A DNA stretch of 64,000 nt, taken from the NCBI RefSeq assembly GCF_006345805.1, contig NC_043007.1, positions 15,314,001-15,378,000 of the forward strand, written 5' to 3'. Both the position numbers and the translations under genes were made by a program. Position 1 is the first letter of the stretch. The number at the start of each line of letters is the position of its first letter. Shown in pieces: positions 14,138 through 27,099 of the stretch. Below the pieces are notes generated by a model. The model was given only the letters and a program-made list of their open reading frames with translations, had not been told where the DNA came from and did no database searches. The stretch is from Octopus sinensis (taxonomy: Eukaryota).

Positions 14138-14446
14138 GGTACTCCATCCGTGCCTACTATGTGGATTCCAGTTGATCTCACCAACGAAACAGCTTCCTCG
14201 TGAAATTAACGTGCAAGTGGTTGATCATTCTTTAGACACGCGAGCTCTTAACGTATTTCTCAGAGATTCAGCGTGACACAAAACGTGGCAAGACTGGCCC
14301 TTTGAATTACTATTACAATTTATTTGTACATGCTGAGTGGACAGGAGCAACGTGAAATAAAGATTATTGCTCAAAGAAATAATGCGTCGCCAGGAATCGA
14401 ACTCACGACCGTGATTCGAATACCCTAAAAACTAAGCCAGGCGCCA
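14138..14446 (-). mobile_element. SINE family D (CORE-like head, same tail as the SINE at 31118-31501)
   Basis: CTCGTGAAATTAACGTGCAAGTGG...TTCAGCGTGACACA...GGCCCTTTGAA is the reverse complement of the 31330-31500 tail; the head differs (GTCGTGAGTTCGATTCC). Confidence 0.75.
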
Positions 14447-14749
14447 TAACTACTACAATCGTAAAAGAGAGTTGCTCATACGCGTTAAGACAAGGCAAAA
14501 TATTGCCAAATTACTCGGGAAGAATTATGACATTAAAAATGCAGGTTTTTTCTCATCCTCCTCGTTCTCCAGACATTTTAGAGAGAAAAAGAGTTTATTA
14601 ATTGTGTAGAATTTGAAAATGCTTTGGTGTATTCCTTTGCTTCGAATTCTGAAGGATTTGAAAGCCGAAGTATCAAAATTTTGTCAAACGGATATGATTC
14701 TGTTATCAATAATGAGGGGAGATATTATCCTGGTTAAATGTATCTTTTT

Positions 14750-15146
14750 CTATTCTAGGCACAAGGCCCGAAATTTTGGGGGAGGGGGGGGGCCAGTCGA
14801 TTAGATCGACCCCAGTACGCAACTGGCACTTAATTTATCGACCCCGAAAGGATGAAAGGCAAAGTCGACCTCGGCGGAATTTGAACTCAGAACGTAGCGG
14901 CAGACGAAATACCTATTTCTTTACTACCCAAAAAGGGGCTAAACATAGAGGGGATAAATAAGGACAGACAAACGGATTAAGTCGATTATATCGACCCCAG
15001 TGCGTAAGTGGTACTTATTTAATCGATCCCGAAAGGATAAAAGGCGAAGTTGACCTCGGCGGAATTTGAACTCAGAACGTAACGGTAGACGAAATACCGC
15101 TAAGCATTTCGTCCGGCGCGCTAAGGTATCTGCCAGCTCGCCGCCT
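14750..15146 (-). mobile_element. SINE family C with two tandem ~180-bp units
   Basis: Minus strand starts GGCGGCGAGCTGGCAGA; the block TTCTGAGTTCAAATTCCGCCGAGGTC...GGGGTCGAT occurs twice. Confidence 0.9.
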
Positions 15147-15768
15147 TCCTGGTTAACTATATCAATTCAAACCAAAGAAGCATTTGTGGCTTTTCCTATC
15201 ATTTATCATGACAAGATTTTTTACCAGCATTAATTAATTATAAGTAAAAAGAAGCACAGGATAAATGGCGTATAAATTCTAACCCGAGCGGTAATGTCTA
15301 CACCAAACACATCGGATCTCGCCTACGTCATTTCTTTCTGAAATAGCCTATGAAGATCTAGAAATACTAAAGAGAGATTTAGAAGTTTGTTGTTCAAAAC
15401 AAAATTCAAAGAACTGATATTGAATATATGAAAAACAGAAAGAACATCTTGATGAAAATGATAACACTACAAAACATTTGGTTCCAAAGCAATATATACC
15501 TATATAAAAGAAAAACTGTTCTCCACACGTCCATACATACATACGTGCATATATATCTATAAGCTCAAATATGCATATTTATAATATATATTTCATTACT
15601 TCCAAATATACAAAGTTTTTATGATGTTATAATATATATATATATATATTATATATATAGGTAATAGTGATAAAAAGTAGCAACAAAAGCATGAGACCTC
15701 GATATTAGATAAATAGAGGATTATTTATGTTATAATTTAGAACAAACAGTAGTCAGCTATTATGGATG

Positions 15769-15860
<92 letters not shown>

Positions 15861-15919
15861 TATATATATATATATTTATATGTATATGTATATATTTATT
15901 TCTATATATATACACATAC

Positions 15920-16303
15920 GCGTAGGAGTGGTTGTGTGGTAAGTAGCTTGCTTACCAACCACATGGTTCCCGGTTCAGTCCCACTGCGTGGCAACTTTGG
16001 CAAATGTCTTCTACTATAGCCACAGGACGACCAAAGCCTTGTGAGTGGATTTGGTAGACGGAAACTGAAAGAAGCCTATCGTATATATGTATATATATAT
16101 GTATGTGTGTATATGTTTGTGTAAACACACCGATGCTGGTGTGTTTACCTCCACGTAAGTTAGCGGTTCGGCAAAAGCGATCGATAGAATAAGTACTAGC
16201 CTTACAGAGAATAAGTCCTGGGGTCGATTTGCTCGACTAAAGGCGGTGCTACAGCATGGCCGCACTCAAATGACGGAAACAAGTAAAAGAGTAAAAGAGT
16301 AAA
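15920..16303 (+). mobile_element. SINE family B, near full length
   Basis: Family B head, internal microsatellite and GTAAAAGA-repeat tail. Confidence 0.92.
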
Positions 16304-16354
16304 GATACATATATATGTATGTAGGTGTGTGTGTGTGTGAGTATATATATATAT

Positions 16355-16657
16355 CACGGGATCACGGGACCGACCAGACCATCAGATGTTGTTACACATC
16401 GCCTGTCGCAATGCGTTCGCATTGTTTTAGCCTTCAAATAACGCCACCTCGCTGGCTAAGCCAGCAGGCCAACAGGAGAAAGAGTGAGAGAAAGAGTGGT
16501 GAAAGAGTACAGCAGGGATCACCACCCCCTGCCGGAGCCTCGTGGGGCTTTTTTATGTGTTTTCGCTCAATAAACACTCACAACACCCGGTCTGGGAATC
16601 GAAACCGCGATCCTGCGACCGCGAGTCCGCTGCCCTAACCACTAGGCCATTGTGCCT

Positions 16658-16661
<4 letters not shown>
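16355..16661 (-). mobile_element. SINE family A, tail type 3
   Basis: Minus strand reads GTGGAGGCACAATGGCCTAGTGGTTAGGGCAGCGGACTCG...GGTTTCGATTCCC; shared core, distinct tail. Confidence 0.88.
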
Positions 16662-16736
<75 letters not shown>

Positions 16737-16783
16737 CCTATATATACCTACATATATATGTATATATCTATCTATCTATCTCC

Positions 16784-16832
<49 letters not shown>

Positions 16833-16863
16833 AGCGAGAAAGAAGCAACAAGAATGGATAGGT

Positions 16864-16954
16864 TTTTAGTACGATCGTTTCATACAAGGACAGGTTTTAT
16901 TAAAAGTTGCAAAGATTACAGCATATAAACGAGTCCCGTACTCATCAGCTAAAA
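16864..16954 (-). ncRNA. Type I hammerhead ribozyme motif (left arm)
   Basis: Reverse complement of 17325-17415. Confidence 0.8.
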
Positions 16955-17324
16955 TACATGTAAGTTCTCTAGACATCCTAGTGTTTGAGGCTATACTCAT
17001 GAAGTAATGTAGATAATTAAACAGATTTCTAAAGTTCATTAAGTTCTTTAAAGATGATGTACAGTCTTATCACAGAATTTTAAAAAAGTTTTGATAGCAT
17101 CACACAGAGAAGGTGACCTAATCCATATGAATTTCCATAGATATGGAAATTCATATGGATTAGGTCACCTTCTCTGTGATGCTATCAAAACTTTTTTAAA
17201 ATTCTGTGATAAGACTGTACATCATCTTTAAAAACTTTAATGAACTTTAGAAATCTGTTTAATTATCTACATTACTTCATGAGTATAGCCTCAAACACTA
17301 GGATGTCTAGAGAACTTACATGTA

Positions 17325-17415
17325 TTTTAGCTGATGAGTACGGGACTCGTTTATATGCTGTAATCTTTGCAACTTTTAATAAAACCTGTCCTTGTATGAA
17401 ACGATCGTACTAAAA
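17325..17415 (+). ncRNA. Type I hammerhead ribozyme motif with long stem II
   Basis: TTTTAG-CTGATGA-GTACGGGAC...GTCCTTGTAT-GAAAC-GATC-GTA|CTAAAA; 6-bp stem I, intact core, palindromic stem III ACGATCGT, GUA site after 17409. Confidence 0.82.
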
Positions 17416-17561
17416 ACCTATCCATTCTTGTTGCTTCTTTCTCGCTTATAATCACCCCACATTACTGTATTGTTAAATCAGTATAGTTTTTTTTGGTGCA
17501 TCTAAGTTAAGTACCATATTCAAGTAAATTTTTTAAATTAACTTCAATCTTTATTGCTCTT

Positions 17562-17617
<56 letters not shown>

Positions 17618-18061
17618 CCTACAATATATATGTATATATCTATCTATCTATCTATCTATGATCTATCTATCTATATATATATATATATATATTAATATGT
17701 ATATATGTATATTCCTCAGTATACGTGTTCAGACAGTACTTATATGAAGTTCCTGTTGCTGTGGTTCATGGTTTACGATAATTGAAAGTCCACTGTCATT
17801 CATCATTCACTGCAGGTCAGTCAAATTCAAACCACAAATATATGTGTACTTATGCAGAAAGTATATCTTATCAGACTTATAAAGCTTTGAATGAACGTTT
17901 CACTCATCGTAAATATAAGTGAATATATCGCATATTTATATATCGATATTGATTCGATACTGTTTTGTTTCTCTGCTTATGAGTAATAGACTTTGATGGA
18001 ATATTGAAAGAGAAAAAATGTCTGCTCGATAAAATATTGAAATATTTAAGTACAAAATATG

Positions 18062-18095
<34 letters not shown>

Positions 18096-19696
18096 GTATG
18101 TATATAAATTCATATATATATAGTATGTATGCATATGCGTGTGTACGTATACATATATATGTATATATGTGTCTGTGCATGGTGTTAACATTATATATAC
18201 AGAGACCGTGAAGAGGGATATATATACATATATATATAGAGAGATAGATAGATAGATAGAATGATTGATAGATAAATTTTATACATGACTTAATGTTCAA
18301 CACCTTATTTCTTCGTTGAATTTGTTCTTTATTCTCCTATCGGCTGGAACATTGCTTAAATTAAAAAATATACATTGGAAAAAACTACAGTAGAAATGAT
18401 GCTGCGAATCAGAACGCAGCTGAAGAAATATACTTATATAGCTAAAAACTATAGCACCTTGATGTAATTGGAGAACGGAGCAATGGAAACGAAACTTAAC
18501 AACTGTAGTGATAGGCCGGAATTGTCACAGTGAAATGTCGAATGTAAATTTTAAATTATTGGAATGCATATTAATGGAAGTAGAACTGAAGTTAGCAGAG
18601 CTGAAAACTTAAGTAGAATCGATTGACATTTTGAATGTAAAATTGTTCCAAGAGATCTGCTATATATAATGAAAATCAGTTGCTTCGCCAGGTTTGCCTT
18701 TTATCAGAAAAACAAATTAATATTTTATGTCATGAAAGATATATGAAACATAAGACTAATATATTTTGCAAAAGGATTTTGTAAAACAATAAACAGATAA
18801 TGGAACTTGGCTGATATTGACTTGGTTATCTGGTTTGATTGTTGAAACTATATTACAAAGAAGGACGTGTGCATGAAAACACAAAAAGAATGATATATTA
18901 TAATTCAATATAACTATTTATAATTTAATATAACTCTGTAAAGCAAATATAACACGATACGAACGGAAGATAGCACGATATATTAGAATATAGCCTTATA
19001 TGAAATAACATATAACTACATAATATATCCTAAACTTATCACAATTTTGCTTAACACGATAGATTAGTTTTAGATAAGAGTACATCATAAAATGAGTCTC
19101 ACCGTGATCGTTCGGGGTATTATAAATAACAACCAAATTGCAACGTCTCAAAGGAGAAAGCAAATTACTATCTGTAATGCTGTGTTGTTTTAAAATGATG
19201 GAATGGTCATTTTTTGAATATTTTGTTTATAAATTTGCTTGAATTCAATTAATGATCAAAATAATATAATAGCATAATATGACGATTTAGTCGCTTTGAT
19301 CAACCAATCCCTGCAGCGCGTTGCTCTTGTAAGAAAAAGATAAAAGCTACGTCATATAATTCTGCGGGGTGTGGACATACCCTGATGTCACATTAACTAG
19401 CCACTACCAAATGCTTAAGTGTTAACTAGGTACTGTGTCTCAAGAGTACGCTCTAAAGAGCCGAAGACTAACGGAAGTAACTGTAAATAAACAGCTAGAA
19501 AGCAACAGCTTTCCGATGGAAAATCGTGAATTAGATATTCAGATTTAGATATGGAAGTTCTTGATCGCCGACGTCTGTAGACATGACACACAAAGATAGA
19601 TAGATAGAGAATGAGAGAAGAAGAGAGAGAGAGAACAATATAAAGGCAGTATTAACATTATACAACAGTAAAGTACAACGAAATAATATAATCCCA

Positions 19697-20087
19697 TCTC
19701 TCTGTATATAAAGCTGAAGTTGTCTGTGTATGTCAGGTTTGGTAGTCTTCAACTAACACTACCTCCTCCGAGACCCTGCGGCGCAAGTTGACCAAAATTG
19801 AGAGTATGATAGAAAAAGGCTTACTCTTCATTCCGCAGAAGGAAAAATTCAAATCGGACCATGTTAACACCAAAAATTATTTTCATCAAAAAGATGCTTT
19901 TTCTATGAAAATTCCAATTCTTTTACGATTTTTTGACTGCTGTGTCGCCATTTTTCGGTGTATTTCAACCAGAAAAATATTCACTTAAAGAGAATAACAA
20001 GCTACATAATGAAAAGTTTTTACTTTTCAAAAATTCCAATTCTAAAGGGTCGAAACAAACCCGAGCAACGCCGGGCGATAGTGCTAG
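19697..20087 (+). mobile_element. Non-autonomous Helitron
   Basis: 5' TC after A (TCTCTCTGTATATAAAG); 3' hairpin CCCGAGCAACGCCGGG, then CTAG followed by T; no target-site duplication. Confidence 0.8.
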
Positions 20088-20399
20088 TTTTAATTATATA
20101 ACACAATATGACAAATTATATCGCAGTGTAACACTATTACAACATTATGACAATATGGTATACTGTGGTATTATGACAATGTAATAACACAATATGGCAA
20201 GAATATAGTTTTTATAGAAGGTAGTATAGGCGTAAGTGACAGTATAGAGCAAGGTGGAACAGAGTGAAGTGGCGTCACAGTTTATAAAATATTCCACCCA
20301 TGAAGCAAAACTATCGATTTTATTTTCCACTGAGATTATTGATTGCTGCTTGGCGTTGTTTGACGTCGTCTGACGTTGTTTGACCTTCTACAATTGTTA

Positions 20400-20649
20400 T
20401 AATGGAAAACTCAACACCGCCACCGCCGCCGCCGACACGCTCGTCGATATAGCATCCCTAACATTACTCCTAACACCCACTGCCACCGCCTCCACCGCCG
20501 CCGCCGCCGCCGCCACCACAACCACCAACAGCATCACCACCACCACCGTCGCCATCATCATCATCATCGTTGTCGCCATCATCATCATCATCGTCGTCGT
20601 CATCATCATCATCATCATCATCATCATCACCACCACCACCACCACCACC

Positions 20650-20683
<34 letters not shown>

Positions 20684-22540
20684 TCATCATCACCACCACC
20701 ACCGTCGTCGTCGTCGTAGTCGTCGTCGTCGTCATTAATTGCTTTCATTACTTGGCACTTCCGACGTCATCGCTATCATTAAAATATTTTAATTACTGAC
20801 ATCGTTGCCATTAGCTCCATCACCATCACCATCGTTCTACCGCCACCACCACCACCACCAATACCACCACCACCACCACTACCACCACCACTACCACCGC
20901 CACCACTACCACCACCAATACCACCACCACCACCATCATTACCAAAACCACCACCACCACCACCATCGTTCACACCACCAACATCATCGCCATTATCACT
21001 ATTTCTGCTACCTTTGCACTACCACCATTTCCATAACCACCACCACTACCACTAACACCACCACCATCACAATAACTACCTCTATCCCCATTACCACAAC
21101 CGCCACCACCACCGCCATCACCACCACCACCACCACCATCACCACCACCACCACTACCACCGCCACCACTACCACCACCACCATCATTACCAAAACCACC
21201 ACCACCACCACCCACCACCACCACCATCACCACCACCACCACCACCACCACACACCACCACCACCACCACCACCACCACCACCACCACCAATACCACCAC
21301 CACCACCACTACCACTAACACCACCACCATCACCACCACCACCTCCACCACCAACACCAGCAGCAGCAGCAAGAGCACCACCACCACCACCACCACCACC
21401 ACCACCACCACCACCACTATCATTTACTTTGCTGTCATCATCATCACCACCACCACCACCACCACCACCACCACCACCACCACCAACACTACTACCACCA
21501 CCACTATCATTTACTTTGCTGTCATCACCACCACCACCACACCACCACCACTATCATTTACTTTGCTGTTATCACTCCCCCCACCTATCATCACTATAAT
21601 AACTGTTATTCTTGTCAGGTAAAAGAGCCTTAACGTTGTAATTTCCCTCCATCATTTCAGTCCTCCTCATACTTCTCCTCATTAATGGTATTAATCATTT
21701 GCCACCTTCAAAACAATCATTACCACCACCACCACTACCACCAATACCTACATCGTCACCGCTGCTTCTATAACCATCATTACCATTATCGTTGTTATTA
21801 TGACGGCCACCAACACCAACACCAAAGCCATCACAACCACCACCACCTCTACCACCACAACCACCACCACCACCACCACCACCACCACCACTACCACCGG
21901 TAATATAGCCTCCCCACCACCACTACAAGTTCCACTTCCTCCACCATTAACATCACAACTTCCATTACAACTACCACTACCACTGCTATCCTCACCACCG
22001 CAGCCACAACGACCCACACTACTACTACTACTACTACCAGCAACACATTCTCTACCACCATCACTACCACTACCATAGCCTCCACCGCCAACAGCAGCAC
22101 CACCACTACCACCACCACCATCACTTCAATAAGCACTACTACCACAGCCTCATCACTACTCCACCACCACCACCACCAACAACAACAACAGCAACAACAC
22201 TACTGCCACCCATTCTACCACCACCATCATCAATGGTATCATTACCACCACAGATTTCTCCACCACCACGACCACCACCACCGTCACCAATTCGAAGCAA
22301 TACCAGCCCCATATTAATTACTACCACCTTTTCCACTATCACACATCCGCCACTACTACTTCTACTGCTACCAAACAAGCCCCACCCCCTATACCATTAT
22401 CCACTACAAGACAACCACCACAACTGGAATCAGCATAGTACTAACACCTGTACTACTTTCTCAACCACGCTACCACAATAAAACTACCACCGATAACAAT
22501 ACCTCTACCACATCGTTATCAGTAACCACGAAATCACCAA
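20400..22540. repeat. Degenerate (ACC/ATC/GCC)n trinucleotide field with higher-order sub-repeats
   Basis: CCACTATCATTTACTTTGCTGT occurs 3 times (~21414, ~21501, ~21548); CCATCATTACCAAAACCACC occurs twice (~20933, ~21181). Confidence 0.9.
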
Positions 22541-22941
22541 TACCACTGACCATTAGCGGTACTACGCTAATGGTCAGTGGTACCATTAGCGGTACTACGA
22601 TGACCAACATCACTAACACTCCTCAAGCCATCAATACCACCGGGGACGTCCGAACAGTATTCCAGCCCCACCCCGGGAAAATTCTGGGTACTGGGGGCCT
22701 ATTGTAGTTATTTATCGAAAGCAAACAACCACAGCATGTATATAGATCTCGATTGCGTCCCCTAAACATGCGAAGGCCCGGGACAATTGCCCAGTGTGTC
22801 GCCTGAGTTAAGGCAGTACTGAAAACCATTAACGATAGATTCTGTATAATTATCAAACCACTACTACTACTACTACTACTACCACTGCTACTACAGCTGC
22901 TGCTGCAGCCACAAGACGGGTAAGGGTGATTAGGTAATGGT

Positions 22942-23118
22942 CTAGGGCTTAGGGGCAGGAGACCCCAGACCTTGGAAAGAAACAAACTTTGGTCGTCTTG
23001 TTGTAGTCGAGGGCTCTTCGTTGACGCCCGACACCACTGGGAGGTGGCCCTCGAAGTCGCTGGAAATGGAGATCTCCAGGTTCCTCTCCTCATTCTCCTT
23101 CTCCTCCTCCTCCTCCAC
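22942..23118 (-). CDS. Candidate terminal exon of an unidentified gene (58 aa, VEEEEEKENEERNLEISISSDFEGHLPVVSGVNEEPS...PKP*)
   Basis: Open frame whose first ~36 codons mostly end in G/C in an AT-rich window; AG at 23120-23119 but no pyrimidine tract. Confidence 0.3.
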   Translation of the reverse strand: MEEEEEKENEERNLEISISSDFEGHLPVVSGVNEEPSTTTRRPKFVSFQGLGSPAPKP

Positions 23119-23145
23119 CTACTACTACTACTACTACTACTACTA

Positions 23146-23185
<40 letters not shown>

Positions 23186-23515
23186 GCTACTACTACTACC
23201 GCCGCTGCTGCTGCCTTCGGTAACACTGACATTATTAAACCCACATATAAATACATGTCATCAAAGTCGCTGTTTCTGTAATCGTTTGATCTGCTAGAAA
23301 CAATAGCAAATAGCAGCCTAGTCTCTCAGATCATATCCTGGCGTCCTTAAGCGCAGGAGTGGCTGTGTGGTAAGAAGCTTGCTTCCCAACAACATGGTTC
23401 CGGTTTCAGTCGCATTGCGTGGCACCTTGGGCGAGTATGTTCTATTATAGCCTCTGTCGGGCCGACTAAAGTCGTGTGAGTGAATTTGGTAGACAGAAAC
23501 TGAAAGAAGCCTGAC

Positions 23516-23712
23516 CGCGTGTGTATCGTTGGTGTTTTTCTTTCTCCGTCTTCCCTTCTTTGGACTTTTTCTATATTTCTGATGAAGAGCCCCGCTCGAA
23601 ACGTGAAATCGTCTTTCTTTTCTTTCCTTTCCTGAGCGTCCAATAACACTGTACTTCTTCCACGTCCTCGCGTTGTTGTTTTTTCTTGCTTGTTCATGTT
23701 TGGATTGATTTT
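23516..23712 (+). mobile_element. PLE terminal-repeat fragment nested in a SINE
   Basis: Non-SINE pyrimidine-rich segment containing a minimal hammerhead motif. Confidence 0.7.
23575..23609 (+). ncRNA. Minimal PLE-type hammerhead motif, probably inactivated (GUG at the cleavage triplet)
   Basis: ATTT-CTGATGA-A-GAGC-CCC-GCTC-GAAAC-GTG-AAAT; stem I ATTT/AAAT, loopless stem III. Confidence 0.7.
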
Positions 23713-24329
23713 AGACAGACACACGCATACACACACACACACACACACACACACCACACATATGTGTGTGTATATATAAATGTATGTATATATATGTATG
23801 TATGTGTTTATTTGTATCTGTGTCTGTCCCCACACCATCGCTTGACAATCGATGTTAGTGTGTTTATATCCCCCGTAACTTACACGTTCGGCAAGATGAG
23901 TCCGATAGAATAAGCACTAGGCTCACAAAGAATAAGTCCTGGGTTCGATTTATTCGAAAAGAATAAAAATGATACAAAAAGAAGGTAAAATAAGCGAAAT
24001 TCCGCCGACGTCGACTTTGCGTTTCAGAAGTTTCGATTCGATTAATCGAAGTACCAGTCATGTACTGGGGTCGCTGTAATCGACTTCCTCTTTCTCTCCT
24101 AAACTGTTGACTCTGTACCAAAATTTGAAACCCTTGTAGATATAAACATTAAAATCTGACTTGATGGTCCTAGAGTACTTTCGAGTATAGGTCTGCTCAG
24201 CCAGGGTGACTTGGAGCTGATAGCGATGACGAGGGCGACGACGATCATGAAAACATCAGTAAGGACAAGACCCGTATGATAACCATGAATACCATTCTAA
24301 CCACAGCGTTTCTATTAGCAACCAGTCAC

Positions 24330-25026
24330 GGCTACTTTACCACTGTCACGACCACAACCACCATCGCCAAGAACAGAAATGCCATAACCATTAACACCAA
24401 ACTTCACCACCACCACCACCACCGCCGCCGCCGCCGCCACCACCGCCGCCGCCGCCGCCACCACCGCCGCCGCCGCTGCCAGCATCAGGACCACCACCAG
24501 CATCACCACCACCGCCGCCGCTGCCACAACCAGTACCAGCACCAGCAGCAGCAGCAGCAGCAGCACCACCACCACCACCACCACTACCATCAATACACTC
24601 GCAAACATCACCAAAACGACTATAACCAACACAACCTCAACCAGAACGGCAACCACCACCATCAGCGCAAAAACTACCATTATTATAGCTTCCAACACCA
24701 ACACCAACACCACCACAACCACCACCACTGGCGTCATGAACCAACACAACACCGACTACTACCACCACCACCACCACCACCACCACCACTAGCAGAACCC
24801 CCTCCCCCATCTCCACCAGCATCACCTTCACTTCCCCTAAAAACATCGAAAACAACCAATAAAAGTTACCAGAGCCATTGAAGCAACCACCTTCACCGCC
24901 AACACCCACTACTAGCCTATCGACCACTATCATTGCCATGGCGACAACGACGACATCGACCACCACCACCACCAACACCACCAGCACCAGCACCACCACC
25001 AACAACAACAACAACAGCAACAACAA
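24330..25026. repeat. Degenerate (ACC/GCC/AGC)n trinucleotide field
   Basis: Directly visible. Confidence 0.88.
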
Positions 25027-25304
25027 CCTTTGCCTCTAACCTTTAAGTCTCAATGATGCCGTGGCAACGTTTACCTTTAACCTAGAATCATAAACCAACA
25101 TATCAATCCAGAGATCTGTTTTCTATAATAGCGGCTGCCATTGTTAAGCTTTTAGTTCATTGGGTGTATGTTTAGAAACGGGATTTGGAATTATCATGTG
25201 ACTAAACGAACGCATTCACGAAAAAGAATAAAATAAAATAATAATAAAAACAATTTTATGCGCCTTCATGCACGTACATGCTCATATACGCACACACAGA
25301 ATCT

Positions 25305-25750
25305 TACATACATACATACATACATACATGCATACATAGATACATACATACATACATACATGCATACATACATACATACATGCATACATACATACATACA
25401 TACATACATACATACATACATACATACATACATACATGCATGCATACATATAGACATACATATATACATACATATATACATATATACATAATGCATACAT
25501 ACATACACACATACATGCATACATACATATATACATACATACATACATACATACATACACACATACATACATACATGCTTACATACATACATACATACAT
25601 GCATGCATACATATAGACATACATACATACATACATACATACATACATACATACATGATACATGATACATGCATATATACATACATACATACATACATAC
25701 ATACATACATACATACATACATACATACATACATACATACATACATACAT
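25305..25750. repeat. (TACA)n microsatellite
   Basis: Directly visible. Confidence 0.95.
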
Positions 25751-27099
25751 TCTCAGGCGCATACGGTTAAATAGATTCACAGATCATCCAGTGAAGGAAA
25801 TTTTATTCACGATTCATCGACGTGTCTGAAATAGCTGCTAAAGATGCCATTAAAAGCAAAAGTGTAACTTATTGGAACATACTAGAATATGTTGATATGC
25901 AAAACATTTGGGCAAAAACTCATTCTGTACATTCATCTTCAGAGTCCACTATTCCTGTGAGTGTAGTGGGAGTTGGAGAGGTCCTTAGATAAACATTCCA
26001 AGGAGTCTTATCTGAAGTGTCTGTCCAGCTAGATCCCCTAACAAAACTAACTGAAGCTACGAACATTATCCATCCATATATACTGCTCATGAGTGAACAA
26101 GCAGATCTCTTGCCAATAGGCTAATGTTTGTAAATTCTGTTTCGCGATTCGTTTCTCAGACATTCTAATCATATATCCGGAATCATAGGAACCATAACCT
26201 CTCTATGCTAAGTTGGTCGACTTGGAGCGACTCCCTATTTTCCGTAAAAAAAAAAAGCAAAGAAAAAACGCCATTTCAACCCTTCTCAAGTGAAGTTTCG
26301 GAGGAAATCCCGTTCGATTAAAATACAATTTACAAAAAAGTTAAGCGAAAAAATATTTGAGCAAAGTAAGTTGCCTGAGTCAGCAATTAATTGAAGTGAA
26401 AGAAGTTACTTACTCGAGTCGTAAGACTCATAGGTTCGCTTTGCCGGTTCCCAGAGGCGTATAAGTGACCGATACAATAACATGCCATCTGAATGGAACG
26501 CCAATCAATGGCAGAGGTGCTCATTTACAGCTGAGTGGCCTGGAGTAACGTCAAAGGAAGTGCTTTGTTCAACGACACAATGCCTGTTTTAAGAACAGAA
26601 ATAACGATATTATGATTATGAGAGCAAAACTAGGCAACGTGGCTTTACATTCGCGTTCAAGCAATTATCAAAGTAATCTTTTTCCTATAGGCCTGAAAGT
26701 TTTCCTACAGGGCCTGAAAGTTTTGGGGAAGAGGACTAGATTACATCGCTCCCCCACTACTTGATGGTACTTGTTTTATCTTCGCAAGGATCAAAGGCAA
26801 AGCTGTCCTTAGTGGAATTGCAATTCAGAATGTAAAGCCGGACAAAATTCCGCTATGCATTTTGTCCGGCATGCTAACGATTTTGTCTGTTCGTCGACTT
26901 GTTCTTTGGTAATAAAAAAAATTGAATGAAATTTAGCAACAATCTCTTTCCTACAAACGCTATTCCGTATCTCAAATATTGAAAACTCTTTTTAGTTAGG
27001 GATGAAGGTAATTCCCATGACATTTACAGGGGATCCAAGACTAGTAGAAGGAAGGGACCTGCCTTAAATGCTTGCAATAAAATGCACTCTCCCCTACAG

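Larger units (their letters stand above)
16829..17565 (+). mobile_element. ORF-less PLE-like foldback insert (inverted partial terminal repeat plus terminal repeat)
   Basis: 16829-17139 and 17142-17450 are ~310-bp inverted arms with a 2-nt loop and only a few differences; the right arm continues to ~17565; (AT)n on both sides; each arm holds a hammerhead motif. Confidence 0.8.
23351..23957 (+). mobile_element. SINE family B interrupted at its internal microsatellite
   Basis: Head at 23351-23512; 3' half resumes at ~23790 after a foreign insert and a (CA)n/(TA)n run. Confidence 0.85.

Noticed and set aside
20779-21251. Gly-rich minus-strand ORFs resembling structural proteins such as suckerins or beak proteins
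   Set aside because: Short, frame-broken and explained by (GGT)n slippage; they lack regular GGY/GGLY modules.
22623-23093. 156-aa minus-strand ORF as a gene
   Set aside because: It crosses a (TAG/CAG)n run and a segment (22650-22828) resembling a DNA-transposon terminus; a different frame shows the codon bias.
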